DNA of 64,000 nt, from positions 6,448,001 through 6,512,000 of the forward strand of contig NC_043010.1 of NCBI RefSeq assembly GCF_006345805.1, read 5' to 3'. Under the pieces are notes generated by a model. That model was not told the DNA's origin. It made no database searches and saw only the letters and a program-made list of their open reading frames with translations. Of the stretch, positions 1 to 12,800 are shown one piece after another. The stretch is from Octopus sinensis. Lineage: Eukaryota. Numbering within the stretch: the stretch's first letter is position 1; the number at the start of each line of letters is the position of its first letter. The translations under genes were made by a program, and so were the position numbers.

Positions 1-2
1 GC

Positions 3-33
<31 letters not shown>

Positions 34-42
34 GTGAATTGA

Positions 43-76
<34 letters not shown>

Positions 77-87
77 GGCGATGATGA

Positions 88-152
<65 letters not shown>

Positions 153-237
153 TTGATGATGATAATGGTGATGGTGATGATGGTGGCGGTTGTGGTGTTG
201 GTGGTGGTGGTGGTGATGATAACGATGAAAATCATGT

Positions 238-290
<53 letters not shown>

Positions 291-410
291 TTGATCAGGA
301 TGATGCTCATGATGATGATGAACGATGATCATCATCACCATCCCCCCCCCGCCCATCACCACCACCACCACCATCACTGTCTCTGCTACCTCCACCACCA
401 CCACCACTAT
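1..410. repeat. (GAT/GGT)n followed by (CAC/CAT)n compound microsatellite
   Basis: Direct reading; explains the poly-M/V/H ORF 39..452. Confidence 0.95.
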
Positions 411-519
411 TGTTATCAGGCTTTTAATGTCCATTTCTTCACAGCAGCATAGGTAGGATGCGTATGTCATATGGACTATCACTACACATCACATGAATAA
501 TGGTCAGATTCTAGTTGAA

Positions 520-709
520 GTTTGCCCCAGGTCAGCCTGAAGTGAGCAGATCTATGATCAAAGACATTCCATCCATAACCATCTCATCTTTTCTCTCTTT
601 CTTTCTTTCTTAGCATAATATACCCTGGTATATATTACACCAAACTTATTTTCTTTCTTTTCTGAATGATGGTACAATATGATTCCATCCATAACCATCT
701 CTCATCTTT

Positions 710-784
<75 letters not shown>

Positions 785-930
785 TTTCTTTCTCTGCACA
801 ATCTACCCTGGTATATATTACCCACCACACCAAACTTAATTTTTTTTCTTATTCTTTTCTTTTCTGAAAGATGGTACATTATGATTTGAAAGTGATTTGG
901 CTGTTATTTCTAACAATTTATATGGCTCCA
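520..930 (+). repeat. Unclassified interspersed repeat with a local internal duplication and (TTTC)n
   Basis: ttccatccataaccatctc...taccctggtatatattac...ccaaactta...gatggtaca occurs twice (~568-680, ~683-880); related degenerate sequence at ~36790-36960 and ~52935-53110. Confidence 0.5.
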
Positions 931-1683
931 TAGAAGAGCTCTCACTAACTCATATTGTTGCTGTCGTTGTAATATTTTGTAGGAATCAATTTTAGGGAAT
1001 TTGCTGTTTTTAGATAGTGAGATATTGTACTTCCATTGTAAGTGTATAATGTTTATGGTGATTCAGTGTGTGCATTCAGGTGAGTATCTGCTATTCTGTG
1101 ATGCCTGAGTGTACATCAGGGAATTTTGTACTGAGAAGCTTCTGTACATCCACTGTTCATATTTTGTGCAAAGTCATCACCTTTGAATATTTTCCCCACT
1201 TAGTATTGATCTGCATAATATTGATCTGTTTCAACTTCATTATCGTTCAATCAGCATTTAAGTAGCTACCTTTTCTAGTTTATTGTTTTTGGAATTATAT
1301 TATTCTTTATCCCTATTTAACATAGAATAATATAGTCTCTGATAAAATTGGATGGAATTTTTAACAGGACAAGTAACCAACTCAAAGAATTTTCTCCATT
1401 CATTACAGAATTGTTTAATTTCTAACAAAAATATCATCTGTTCTTTAATTTAGCACCTATGATTTTTGGTACAGCCACTCACAGTTAGGACCATTTTAGC
1501 AGCATTATAGGTCCTTAGACAAATCAATGCTCTGAGGTCTATAGTATTTATTTAATTACTGTAAACCACATTATATACAAATCATAATTGGGCCCTAAAA
1601 TCTGTAAGGCACCCTAAAAACTGTCAGGTGTGACCATACCTTAATATGGCACTGCACACTGCACTAATTAAATCACTAATTTA

Positions 1684-2100
1684 TCTTTTATTTGTTTTGG
1701 TCATTTGACTCTGGCCATGCTGGGGCATTGCCTTGAAGGGTTTTAGTCAAATAAATTGATTCCAGAATTTACTTTTTATGCCTAATACTTATTTCATTAG
1801 TTTCTTTTTACCAAATTGCTAGGTTATAGGGACGTAAACACACCAACTAGGGTTGTTAGTGGTGGTGGGTGACAAACACAGACACATAGATATATGTAGA
1901 TCAATGTGTCACATAAATATATTGACACAAATATGTGCAATGGACATTTTTCAGTTTTTGTCTACCAAATTCACTCACAAGGTTTTGGTGAATCTGAGGC
2001 TATAGTAGACAGCTCTTGCCTAAGATGCCACATAGTGGGACTGAACCTGGAATCATGAAGTTGTGAAGCAAGCATCTTACCACATAGCCATGCCTGCACC
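1684..2100 (-). mobile_element. SINE family A, old degenerate copy
   Basis: Colinear with the intact copies (gtcatttgact..ggccatgctgg, tctaccaaattcactcacaagg, gtgggactgaacc, cttaccacatagcca). Confidence 0.85.
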
Positions 2101-2162
2101 TATATCGTTGATGGATTTCATTCTATGGATGCCACTGCTACTGGCTTACTCCTGTACAGCTA

Positions 2163-3216
2163 CAGGATATTCATAAAGTCATGATGCAATTTAAAATGCA
2201 TGTATCTTCATAACTGTACATGGTAGAATTAATTTGTAAACAGGATAGGAAAGAAGAATAACCTGATTTTGTTATTCATCTTGTTAGTTTTCACCATGTC
2301 CACCATCATCTCTCTCTATATAAACGGCAGTTTGTCTGTCTGTGTGTCTGTGTGTCTGTCAGGTTGTACCCTCACCCTGACCACGGCTTTCAACCGATTC
2401 TGATGAAACTTGACACACACATAGCCCAATGTCATACTTCAAAACTAACGCAGAGAAAATTTTAAAAAGTTCCCCCAGTTCTGAAAAAAATCGATAAATT
2501 CGACATGGGGGTCAAGAATCTAAGCTTTTTATTTGCAACACATTTTCTGTTGTAGTTTTCGCAACTTGCAATCGATTTTCACCAAACTCATGGTGAAGCT
2601 TAATGTTACCCTAAGAAACTTAATTCTGTCATTAGTTTTCCATGCAATACCTTACCATCAGAAAAAATCGATAAAATCCTGCCATTTTGGGAAATCGCGT
2701 TCAAATTCAAGATGACATATTTTCGACAATATCTTTCTCAAATTGGCAGGAATTTTTTCAAAATTCACAGCAAGCATCATGTCTGCTCCTGGGGCTCTTA
2801 CATACCCGGGCAATGCCGGGCTATGCTGCTAGTTACTAATACAAAGAGAGAAACACGATTCCATAGTTCTACAAAAAATATTTTCCAGCTGATTTTCACT
2901 AACATTTGCAATTACATTCTTGCTTTCAAATCTTCTAAAGATCGAGGATTAGTTGAATAAACAATACTTTTCACATGTACCCATAAAAAGAAATCTAATG
3001 GAGTGAAATATGGTGAATGTGGAGGCCAAAATAACAGTCCACCTCTTCCAATCCATCTGCTAGGAAATTTCTCATTTCGAAACTGCCTAACTTGCAGAGC
3101 AACGTAACAAAGTGCACCACCTTGTTGCAAAACTGTATTCTCTGTTAGGTCTAACTGTTCATGCTTAGGAATGAAATAATTTTGTAGCATTGCACCATGA
3201 CTTTATGGATGCCCTG
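2163..3216 (-). mobile_element. Internally deleted Tc1/mariner element of DD41D (rosa-like) type, interrupted by a Helitron
   Basis: TIRs ta|caggatattcataaagtcatgatgcaat and attgcaccatgactttatggatgccctg|ta with TA on both sides; minus-strand peptide QQ(D>G)GA-...-WIGR..WPPHSPYFTPLDFFLW with 41 residues between the 2nd and 3rd catalytic positions; C-terminus CISN/DGGHGEN* split by the insertion. Confidence 0.85.
2309..2832 (+). mobile_element. Non-autonomous Helitron
   Basis: 5' TC start, 3' CTAG end preceded by hairpin cccgg-gcaatg-ccggg, inserted between A and T with no TSD; first ~210 bp match 15143-15350. Confidence 0.85.
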
Positions 3217-3399
3217 TATTACGTTTTAAAGTCTTGATATCCTATCAGTTTATATGATATTTCACCACATCTTTCATTTCTGACCATATACGCTGAGTAC
3301 ACAATGAACAGTAGACAGTACCCTATCCATGTAACAAGTAAAACCAATACTCAGATAGCACTGGAGATTAACAATAGAATTGTTAGTATTTAAAGTGTC

Positions 3400-4080
3400 G
3401 GTGCAGGTATGGCTGTGTGTTGAGACCACATGGTTCTGAGTTCAGTTCCTCAGCATGGCAAGTGTTTTCTACTATAGATAGAATCTGAAAGATGCCTGCT
3501 GTAGATATATATATATGTGTGTGTGTGTATATATATACATGTGCAGGCGCAATGGCCCAGTGGTTAGGGCAGCAGACTCGCGGTCGTAGGATCGCAGTTT
3601 CGATTCCCAGACTGGGCGTTGTGAGTGTTTATTGAGCAAAAACACCTAAAAAGTTCCATGAGGCTCCAGCAGGGGGTGGTGGAGATCCCTGCTGTACTCT
3701 TTCGCCACAACTTTCTTTCACTCTTTCTTCTGTTGGCCTGCTCACTTAGCCAGCGGGGTGGCGTCATTTGAAGGCTAAAACAATGTGAAGCGCGTTGTGA
3801 CCAGCGATGTGTGTAACAACATCTGATAGCCTGGTCGGTCACGGTGATCACGGTGATATATATACATGTGTGCGTCTTTGTCCCCCACAACCACTTGAGA
3901 ACTGTTGTTGGTGTGATTAGATCCCTGTAACTTAGCATTTCTGTAAAAGAGTTTGATTGAATAAGTATGAAGCATAAAGAAAATAAGTCCTGTGGTTGAT
4001 TTGTTCAACTAAAATTCTTCAAGCTGGTGCACCAGCATAGCTGAAGTCAAATTACTGGAAAGAGGTAAAGGACAAAGATA
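3400..4080 (+). mobile_element. SINE family A, degenerate, split by a family B-type insertion
   Basis: Head at 3400-3500 (tggctgtgtg, gttcagttcc) and 3' half at ~3866-4080. Confidence 0.7.
3542..3856 (+). mobile_element. tRNA-derived SINE family B head and body with an alternative 3' tail
   Basis: ggcgcaatggcccagtggttagggcagc (A box) ...gtttcgattccc (B box); matches 27344 and 36117 copies up to ctttcactctt, then diverges. Confidence 0.9.
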
Positions 4081-4469
4081 TAAAGTTTTTCTTTTTTTTT
4101 ATTTATTTTCATACACTATTATAGATGAAGAGCACAAAGAAAAAAAAATATTTTCCCTCCCTGACAAAATTAGAAAATTCTTCTTTCTGTAGTGTACAAA
4201 AAAAAAAAACGACTTAATATTTTATCAATAAAACAATGAAAACAACAATAGACTGTTATGAGATTTCATGGACTCTGATTTTTTTAAATGTTACGGATAA
4301 AAGCAAAGTGCGTATATATCACATGTGACAATAAAACAGCTTGATCAAAATGTTTATATAATGCAAATTGTAAAGCTACTAGGTCAAAATGTGACATTTA
4401 CAAAGTGTGTATACATCACATTTTGCAATAAAACCACTAGGTCAAAGAACATGACATTTACATATTGCA

Positions 4470-4614
4470 CGTGTATGTGTGTGTGTGTATATATATATTA
4501 AAAAAAAAAAATATATGTATATATATATATTATATATTATATATATATATATATGTATATATATATGTATATATATATATATGTATATATATGTATATAT
4601 ATATTATATATATA

Positions 4615-4649
<35 letters not shown>

Positions 4650-4792
4650 TATACATATTATATGTATATAATACAATTTTACTGAACCTTCAGTTTTTTT
4701 ATATGCTAGACCACTGGTGTGAAATCGTTGTTAATTAAATTAAAATCTAATTTCTCACCCTAATTTTAAATTTATATATATACATACATACA

Positions 4793-4823
<31 letters not shown>

Positions 4824-4830
4824 CATATAT
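4470..4830. repeat. (TA)n and (CATA)n microsatellites
   Basis: Direct reading. Confidence 0.9.
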
Positions 4831-5000
4831 TGTAATAAAGCTACTAGGTAAAAAAATGTCATATTGAAAAACTGTGTGTATATATAAGTGTGTATATCAT
4901 ACATCACAATAAAATGGTGTAACATTTATAAACTGTGTACATACACATATCACACGAAAAGGATGTAACATTTCCTTACTGTTTATTGTATGAAATAGTG

Positions 5001-5300
5001 ATGACACATGCCTAGTGGTTAGGATGTTGTACTCAAAATCATGAGATTGTGGTTTCAATTCCTAAACTGGGTGGTGCACTCTGTTCTTGAGCAGAACATT
5101 TCATGTCACATTGCTCTGTGATCACTTTGACATCTGACATGTGGTACACTGCACCTGTTCAGGTAAAAGCAATTTGATGGAGGGAGGGAGGGACGGAGCT
5201 AATGTACAGTACATAGATTTGATCACTATAAACAAATCATTTGTGCAAGTCGTTTGACAAAAGCTGAACTCTCATACATCTTCGACAGAAGAATCCGTCA
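5001..5300 (+). mobile_element. tRNA-derived SINE, family F-type head with a distinct tail
   Basis: gcctagtggttagg...ggtttcaattcc...tgttcttgagca; reverse-complement copy at 47240-47520. Confidence 0.75.
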
Positions 5301-5430
5301 TTGTGTGAAATATCTAAATATCTAATATGTGTTGTGAACATTAGAACTTATTTTCCAGTCTATTTCGCATCGTCTTTTTACACTATATTCTGAATGGTTC
5401 AATGTTAGAGTATCTTCAGGAATGATATTT

Positions 5431-5660
5431 AAAGGCAAGCTGGCAGAAACGTTAGCACGCCCGGCGAAATGCGTAGCCGTATTTCGTTTGCCGCTACGTT
5501 CTGAGTTCAAATTCCGCCGAGGTTGACTTTGCCTTTCATCCTTTTGGGGTCGATAAATTAAGTACCAGTTACCCACTGGGGCGATATAATCGACTTAATC
5601 CATTTTTCTGTCCTTGTTAGTCCGCTCTGTGTTTAGCCCTTGTGGGTAGTAAAGAAATAG
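5431..5660 (+). mobile_element. SINE family C
   Basis: gctggcagaaacgttagcacg...gagttcaaattcc (B box)...gactttgcctttcatccttttggggtcgataaattaagtaccag; multiple copies in the window. Confidence 0.9.
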
Positions 5661-5782
5661 ATATTTCTGTACATTTGTGCACATGGTCCAAGAGTGATTA
5701 TACCAACTATAAGAACATAACTAACCTTAGTCATAAAACCAAAACCATTCTTTCAAATCTACTATGGAACTATGCAGATAAC

Positions 5783-6122
5783 CCACCCATCTAACACCCG
5801 TGGACATATTTACAAAGTCAGAAAACAGCACAGCTCCCATGACTTCAGGAAACATTTTTTTCACGCTGAGAGTTGCTGAAGCATGGAACAAACTGCCGGC
5901 ATCAGTTGTTAGTTGTCGGAGCACTGCATCCTTCAAAACTTCCATGCTTTCTGAGATTCGCCAACACTACACCTGATTTTCTCCCCTCCATTCACATGCA
6001 AGCATGTATCTGACTCATACATTGCTCGCTTTCCAGACATTTGTACATTACTGCATATGCTTTATACGCACTTTCTGACAAGCTTGTGGTGCACCTGAGC
6101 ACTGTATACAATAATTTCATTT
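5783..6122 (+). mobile_element. CR1-type LINE 3' end (5'-truncated)
   Basis: Encodes TRGHIYKVRK...FRKHFFTLRVAEAWNKLPASVV...FK, a typical CR1/L2 ORF2 C-terminus; near-identical to copies at 21826 and 62603. Confidence 0.9.
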
Positions 6123-6644
6123 TTATAAAAAATTGGACAGCTGATGGTGATTAAATATAATCATTTAGTGAAACTGGGTGTCATCCTCAGCATCCTCATC
6201 ATCGTTGTCATTGATGCCGCACTCACCATTAGCATTGTTATCATCATCATCGTTGTCATTGTTGCCATCATCATCATCATCATCTTTATCATCATTGTTG
6301 TCATCATTTAATGTCTACATTTCAAAGCTTTCAGGGCTCAGAAGGATTTAGCTGGGAGAGATTTTCTATGGATGGATACCCTTTTTGTCACAGATTTTCT
6401 ATGGATAGATACCTATTTTTGTTACAGGATCACTCATTTACAGCTGAGTGAACAGGAGTGACGTGAAATGAAGTGTTTTGCTCAGGAATACATTGTGCTG
6501 CCTGCTCTGGGAATTGAACCCATGATGTAATAATGTTCTTTCCAAGCAACATAATGTTTCTCCATGGCCAGGCATCATTGTATGATGGTGATGCTCAATT
6601 ACAACCATCACATAATGTTAACACTAAAGTATACAAGGATACGC

Positions 6645-6825
6645 GCACACACACACACATACACACACACGGTGGGTTTCTTTCAGTTTCCATCTATGAA
6701 ATCCACCCACAAGTCTTTGGTTGGTCTGGGGCTGTCACAGAAGACACTTAATCTTTGGAGACATTCTGTGGGATTGAACCTGAAGCCATGTGGCTGGGAA
6801 GCAAACTTCATACAACACAGCTGTG
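6645..6825 (-). mobile_element. SINE family A 5' half; parent copy of the tandem array
   Basis: tttctttcagtttccatcta..aaatccacccacaag...agaagacactt runs directly into the first array unit. Confidence 0.8.
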
Positions 6826-9800
6826 CATACAACAATATTTGAGCAGTAAAGGAAAACAAAAAAAAAAAACAAAAAAAAATTTTAGGAGACATTCTGTGGG
6901 ATTGAACCTGAAGCAAAGGGGCTGGGAAGCAAACTTCATACCACACAGCTGTGCATTCAACAATATTTGAGCAGTAAAGGAAAACAAAAAAAAAATTTTA
7001 GGAGACATTCTGTGGGATTGAACCTGAAGTCATGTGGCTGGGAAGCAAAATTCATACCACACAGCTGTGCATACAACAATATTTGAGCAGTAAAGGAAAA
7101 CAAAAAAAAGCAAAAAAAAATTCAGGAGACATTCTGTGGGATTGAACCTGAAGCCATGAGGCTAGGAAGCAAACTTCATACCACACAGCTGTGCATACAA
7201 CAATATTTGAGCAGTAAAGGAAAACAAAAACAAACAAAAAAAATTTTAGGAGACATTCTGTGGGACTGAACCTGAAGCCATGGGGCTGGGAAGCAAACTT
7301 CATACCACACAGCTGTGCATACAACAATATTTGAGCAGTAAAGGAAAACAAAAAAAAAATTTTAGGAGACATTCTGTGGGATTGAACCTGAAGTCATGTG
7401 GCTGGGAAGCAAAATTCATACCACACAGCTGTGCATACAACAATATTTGAGCAGTAAATGAAAACAAAAAAAAAACAAAAAAAAAATTTTAGGAAACATT
7501 CTGTGGGATTGAACCTGAAGCCATGTGGCTGGGAAGCAAACTTCATACCACACAGCTGTGCATACAACAATATTTGGGCAGTAAAGAAAAACAAAAAAAA
7601 AGCAAAAAAAGTTTTAGGAGACATTCTGTGGGATTGAACCTGAAGCCATATGGCTGGGAAGCAAACTTCTTACCACACAGCTGTGCATACAACAATATTT
7701 GAGCAGTAAAGGAAAACAAAAAAAAAGCAAAAAAAAATTTTAGGAGACATTCTATGGGATTGAACCTGAAGCCATGGGGCTGGGAAGCAAACTTCATCCA
7801 CGCAGCTGTGCATACAACAATATTTGAGCAGTAAGGAAAACAAAAAGAGCAAAGAAAATTTAGGAGACATTCTGTGGGATTGACCTGAAGCCATGTGGCT
7901 GGGAAGCAAACTTCATACCACACAGCTGTGCATACAACAATATTTGAGCAGTAAAGGAAAACATAAAAAAAACAAAAAAAAATTTTAGGAGACATTCTGT
8001 GGGATTGAGCCTGAAGCCATGTGGCTGGGAAGCAAACTTCATACCACACAGCTGTGCATACAACAATATTTGAGCAGTAAAGGAAAACAAAAAAAAAACA
8101 AAAAAAAATTTTAGGAGACATTCTGTGGGACTGAACCTGAAGCCATGGGGCTGGGAAGCAAACTTCATACCATACAGCTGTGCATACAACAATATTTGAG
8201 CAGTAAAGGAAAACAAAAAAAAAATTTTAGGAGACATTCTGTGGGATTGAACCTGAAGTCATGTGGCTGGGAAGCAAACTTCATACCACACAGCTGTGCA
8301 TACAACAATATTTGAGCAGTAAAGGAAAACAAAAAGACAAAAAAAAAAATTTTAGGAGACATTCTGTGGGATTGAACCTGAAGCCATGGGGCTGGGAAGC
8401 AAACTTCATACCACACAGCTGTGCATACAACAATATTTGAGCAGTAAAGGAAAACAAAAAAAAAACAAAAAAAAATTTTAGGAAACATTCTGTGGGATTG
8501 AACCTGAAGCCATGTGGCTGGGAAGCAAACTTCATACCACACAGCTGTGCATACAACAATATTTGGGCAGTAAAGAAAAACAAAAAAAAAGCAAAAAAAG
8601 TTTTAGGAGACATTCTGTGGGATTGAACCTGAAGCCATATGGCTGGGAAGCAAACTTCTTACCACACAGCTGTGCATACAACAATATTTGAGCAGTAAAG
8701 GAAAACAAAAAAAAAACAAAAAAAATTTTAGGAGACATTCTGTGGGATTGAACCTGAAGCCATGTGGCTGGGAAGCAAACTTCATACCACACAGCTGTGC
8801 ATACAACAATATTTGAGCAGTAAAGGAAAACAAAAAAAAACAAAAAAAAATTTTAGGAGACATTCTGTGGGATTGAACCTGAAGCCATGTGGCTGGGAAG
8901 CAAACTTCATACCACACAGCTGTGCATACAACAATATTTGAGCAGTAAAGAAAACAAAAAAAACAAAAAAAAAATTTTAGGAGACATTCTGTGGGATTGA
9001 ACCTGAAGCCATGTGGCTGGGAAGCAAACTTCATACCACACAGCTGTGCATACAACAATATTTGAGCACTAAAGGAAACCCCAAAAAAAAAAAAAATTTT
9101 TAGGAGACATTCTGTGGGATTGAGCCTGAAGCCATGGGGCTGGGAATCAAACTTCATACCACACAGCTGTGCATACAATAATATTTGAGCAGTAAAGAAA
9201 AAAAAAAAAAATTTTACGAGACATTCTGTGGGATTGAGCCTGAAGCCATGGGGCTGGGAAGCAAACTTCATACCACACAGCTGTGCATACAACAATATTT
9301 GAGCAGTAAAGGAAAACAAAATTTAAAAAAAAACGACAAAAAAAATTTTAGGAGACATTCTGTGGGATTGAACCTGAAGCCATGGGGCTGGGAAGCAAAC
9401 TTCATACCACACAGCTGTGCATACAACAATATTTGAGCAGTAAAGGAAAACAAAATTTAAAAAAAAACGAGAAAAAAAATTTTAGGAGACATTCTGTGGG
9501 ATTGAACCTGAAGCCATGGGGCTGGGAAGCAAACTTCATACCACACAGCTGTGCATACAACAATATTTGAGCAGTAAAGGAAAACAAAATAAAAAAAAAA
9601 ACCAGAAAAAAAATTTTAGGAGACATTCTGTGGGATTGAACCTGAAGCCATGGGGCTGGGAAGCAAACTTCATACCACACAGCTGTGCATACAACAATAT
9701 TTGAGCAGTAAAGGAAAACAAAATTTTAAAAAAATCGACAAAAAAAATTTTAGGAGACATTCTGTGGGATTGAACCTGAAGCCATGGGTCTGGGAAGCAA

Positions 9801-12800
9801 ACTTCATACCACACAGCTGTGTTTACAACAATATTTGAGCAGTAAAGGAAAACAATAAAAAAAAAAAAAGATTTTAGGAGACATTCTGTGGGATTGAACC
9901 TGAAGCCATGGGGCTGGGAAGCAAACTTCATACCACACAGCTGTGCATACAACAATATTTGAGCAGTAAAGGAAAACAAAAAGACAAACAAAAAATTTTA
10001 GGAGACATTCTGTGGGATTGAACCTGAAGCCATGGGGCTGGGAAGCAAACTTCATACCACGCAGCTGTGCATACAACAATATTTGAGCAGTAAAGGAAAA
10101 CAAAATAAAAAAACAAAAAAAAAATTTTAGGAGACATTCTGTGGGAATGAACCTGAAGCCATGGGGCTGGGAAGCAAACTTCATACCACGCAGCTGTGCA
10201 TACAACAATATTTGAGCAGTAAAGGAAAACAAAAAGACAAAAAAAAAATTTTAGGAGACATTCTGTGGGATTGAACCTGAAGCCATGGGGCTGGGAAGCA
10301 AACTTCATACCACACAGCTGTGCATACAACAATATTTGAGCAGTAAAGGAAAACAAAAAGACAAAAAAAAAATTTTAGGAGACATTCTGTGGGATTGAAC
10401 CTGAAGCCATGGGGCTGGGAAGCAAACTTCATACCACACAGCTGTGCATACAACAATATTTGAGCAGTAAAGGAAAACAAAATAAAAAACAAAAAAAAAT
10501 TTTAGGAGACATTCTGTGGGATTGAACCTGAAGCCATGTGGCTGGGAAGCAAACTTCATACCACACAGCTGTGCATACAACAATATTTGAGCAGTAAAGG
10601 AAAACAAAAAAAACAAAAAAAAATTTTAGGAGACATTCTGTGGGATTGAACCTGAAGCCATGTGGCTGGGAAGCAAACTTCATACCACACAGCTGTGCAT
10701 ACAACAATATTTGAGCAGTAAAGGAAAACAAAAAAAAACAAAAAAAAAATTTTAGGAGACATTCTGTGGGATTGAACCTGAAGCCATGTGGCTGGGAAGC
10801 AAACTTCATACCACACAGCTGTGCATACAACAATATTTGAGCACTAAAGGAAACCCCAAAAAAAAAAAAAAAATTTTTAGGAGACATTCTGTGGGATTGA
10901 GCCTGAAGCCATGGGGCTGGGAATCAAACTTCATACCACACAGCTGTGCATACAATAATATTTGAGCAGTAAAGAAAAAAAAAAAAATTTTAGGAGACAT
11001 TCTGTGGGATTGAGCCTGAAGCCATGGGGCTGGGAAGCAAACTTCATACCACACAGCTGTGCATACAACAATATTTGAGCAGTAAAGGAAAACAAAATTA
11101 AAAAAAAACGACAAAAAAAATTTTAGGAGACATTCTGTGGGATTGAACCTGAAGCCATGGGGCTGGGAAGCAAACTTCATACCACACAGCTGTGCATACA
11201 ACAATATTTGAGCAGTAAAGGAAAACAAAATTTAAAAAAAAACGAGAAAAAAAATTTTAGGAGACATTCTGTGGGATTGAACCTGAAGCCATGGGGCTGG
11301 GAAGCAAACTTCATACCACACAGCTGTGCATACAACAATATTTGAGCAGTAAAGGAAAACAAAATAAAAAAAAAACGAGAAAAAAAATTTTAGGAGACAT
11401 TCTGTGGGATTGAACCTGAAGCCATGGGGCTGGGAAGCAAACTTCATACCACACAGCTGTGCATACAACAATATTTGAGCAGTAAAGGAAAACAAAATTT
11501 TAAAAAAATCGACAAAAAAAATTTTAGGAGACATTCTGTGGGATTGAACCTGAAGCCATGGGTCTGGGAAGCAAACTTCATACCACACAGCTGTGTTTAC
11601 AACAATATTTGAGCAGTAAAGGAAAACAATAAAAAAAAAAAAAGATTTTAGGAGACATTCTGTGGGATTGAACCTGAAGCCATGGGGCTGGGAAGCAAAC
11701 TTCATACCACACAGCTGTGCATACAACAATATTTGAGCAGTAAAGGAAAACAAAAAGACAAAAAAAAATTTTAGGAGACATTCTGTGGGATTGAACCTGA
11801 AGCCATGGGGCTGGGAAGCAAACTTCATACCACGCACGCTGTGCATACAACAATATTTGAGCAGTAAAGGAAAACAAAATAAAAAACAAAAAAAAATTTT
11901 AGGAGACATTCTGTGGGAATGAACCTGAAGCCATGGGGCTGGGAAGCAAACTTCATACCACGCAGCTGTGCATACAACAATATTTGAGCAGTAAAGGAAA
12001 ACAAAAAGACAAAAAAAAATTTTAGGAGACATTCTGTGGGATTGAACCTGAAGCCATGGGGCTGGGAAGCAAACTTCATACCACACAGCTGTGCATACAA
12101 CAATATTTGAGCAGTAAAGGAAAACAAAAAGACAAAAAAAAAATTTTAGGAGACATTCTGTGGGATTGAACCTGAAGCCATGGGGCTGGGAAGCAAACTT
12201 CATACCACACAGCTGTGCATACAACAATATTTGAGCAGTAAAGGAAAACAAAAAGACAAAAAAAAAAATTTTAGGAGACATTCTGTGGGATTGAACCTGA
12301 AGCCATGGGGCTGGGAAGCAAACTTCATACCACACAGCTGTGCATACAACAATATTTGAGCAGTAAAGGAAAACAAAATAAAAAAAAAAAAAAAAATTTT
12401 AGGAGACATTCTGTGGGATTGAACCTGAAGCCATGTGGCTGGGAAGCAAACTTCATACCACACGGCTGTGCATACAACAATATTTGAGCAGTAAGGAAAA
12501 CAAAAAAAAACAAAAAAAAAATTTTAGAGACATTCTGTGGGATTGAACCTGAAGCCATGTGGCTGGGAAGCAAACTCATCATACCACACAGCTGTGCATA
12601 CAACAATATTTGAGCAGTAAAGGAAAACAAATAAAACAAAAAAAAAATTTTAGGAGACATTCTGTGGGATTGAACTGAAGCCATGGGGCTGGGAAGCAAA
12701 CTTCATACCACGCAGCTGTGCATACAACAATATTTGAGCAGTAAAGGAACAAAATAAAAAACAAAAAAAAATTTTAGGAGACATTCTGTGGGATTGAACC

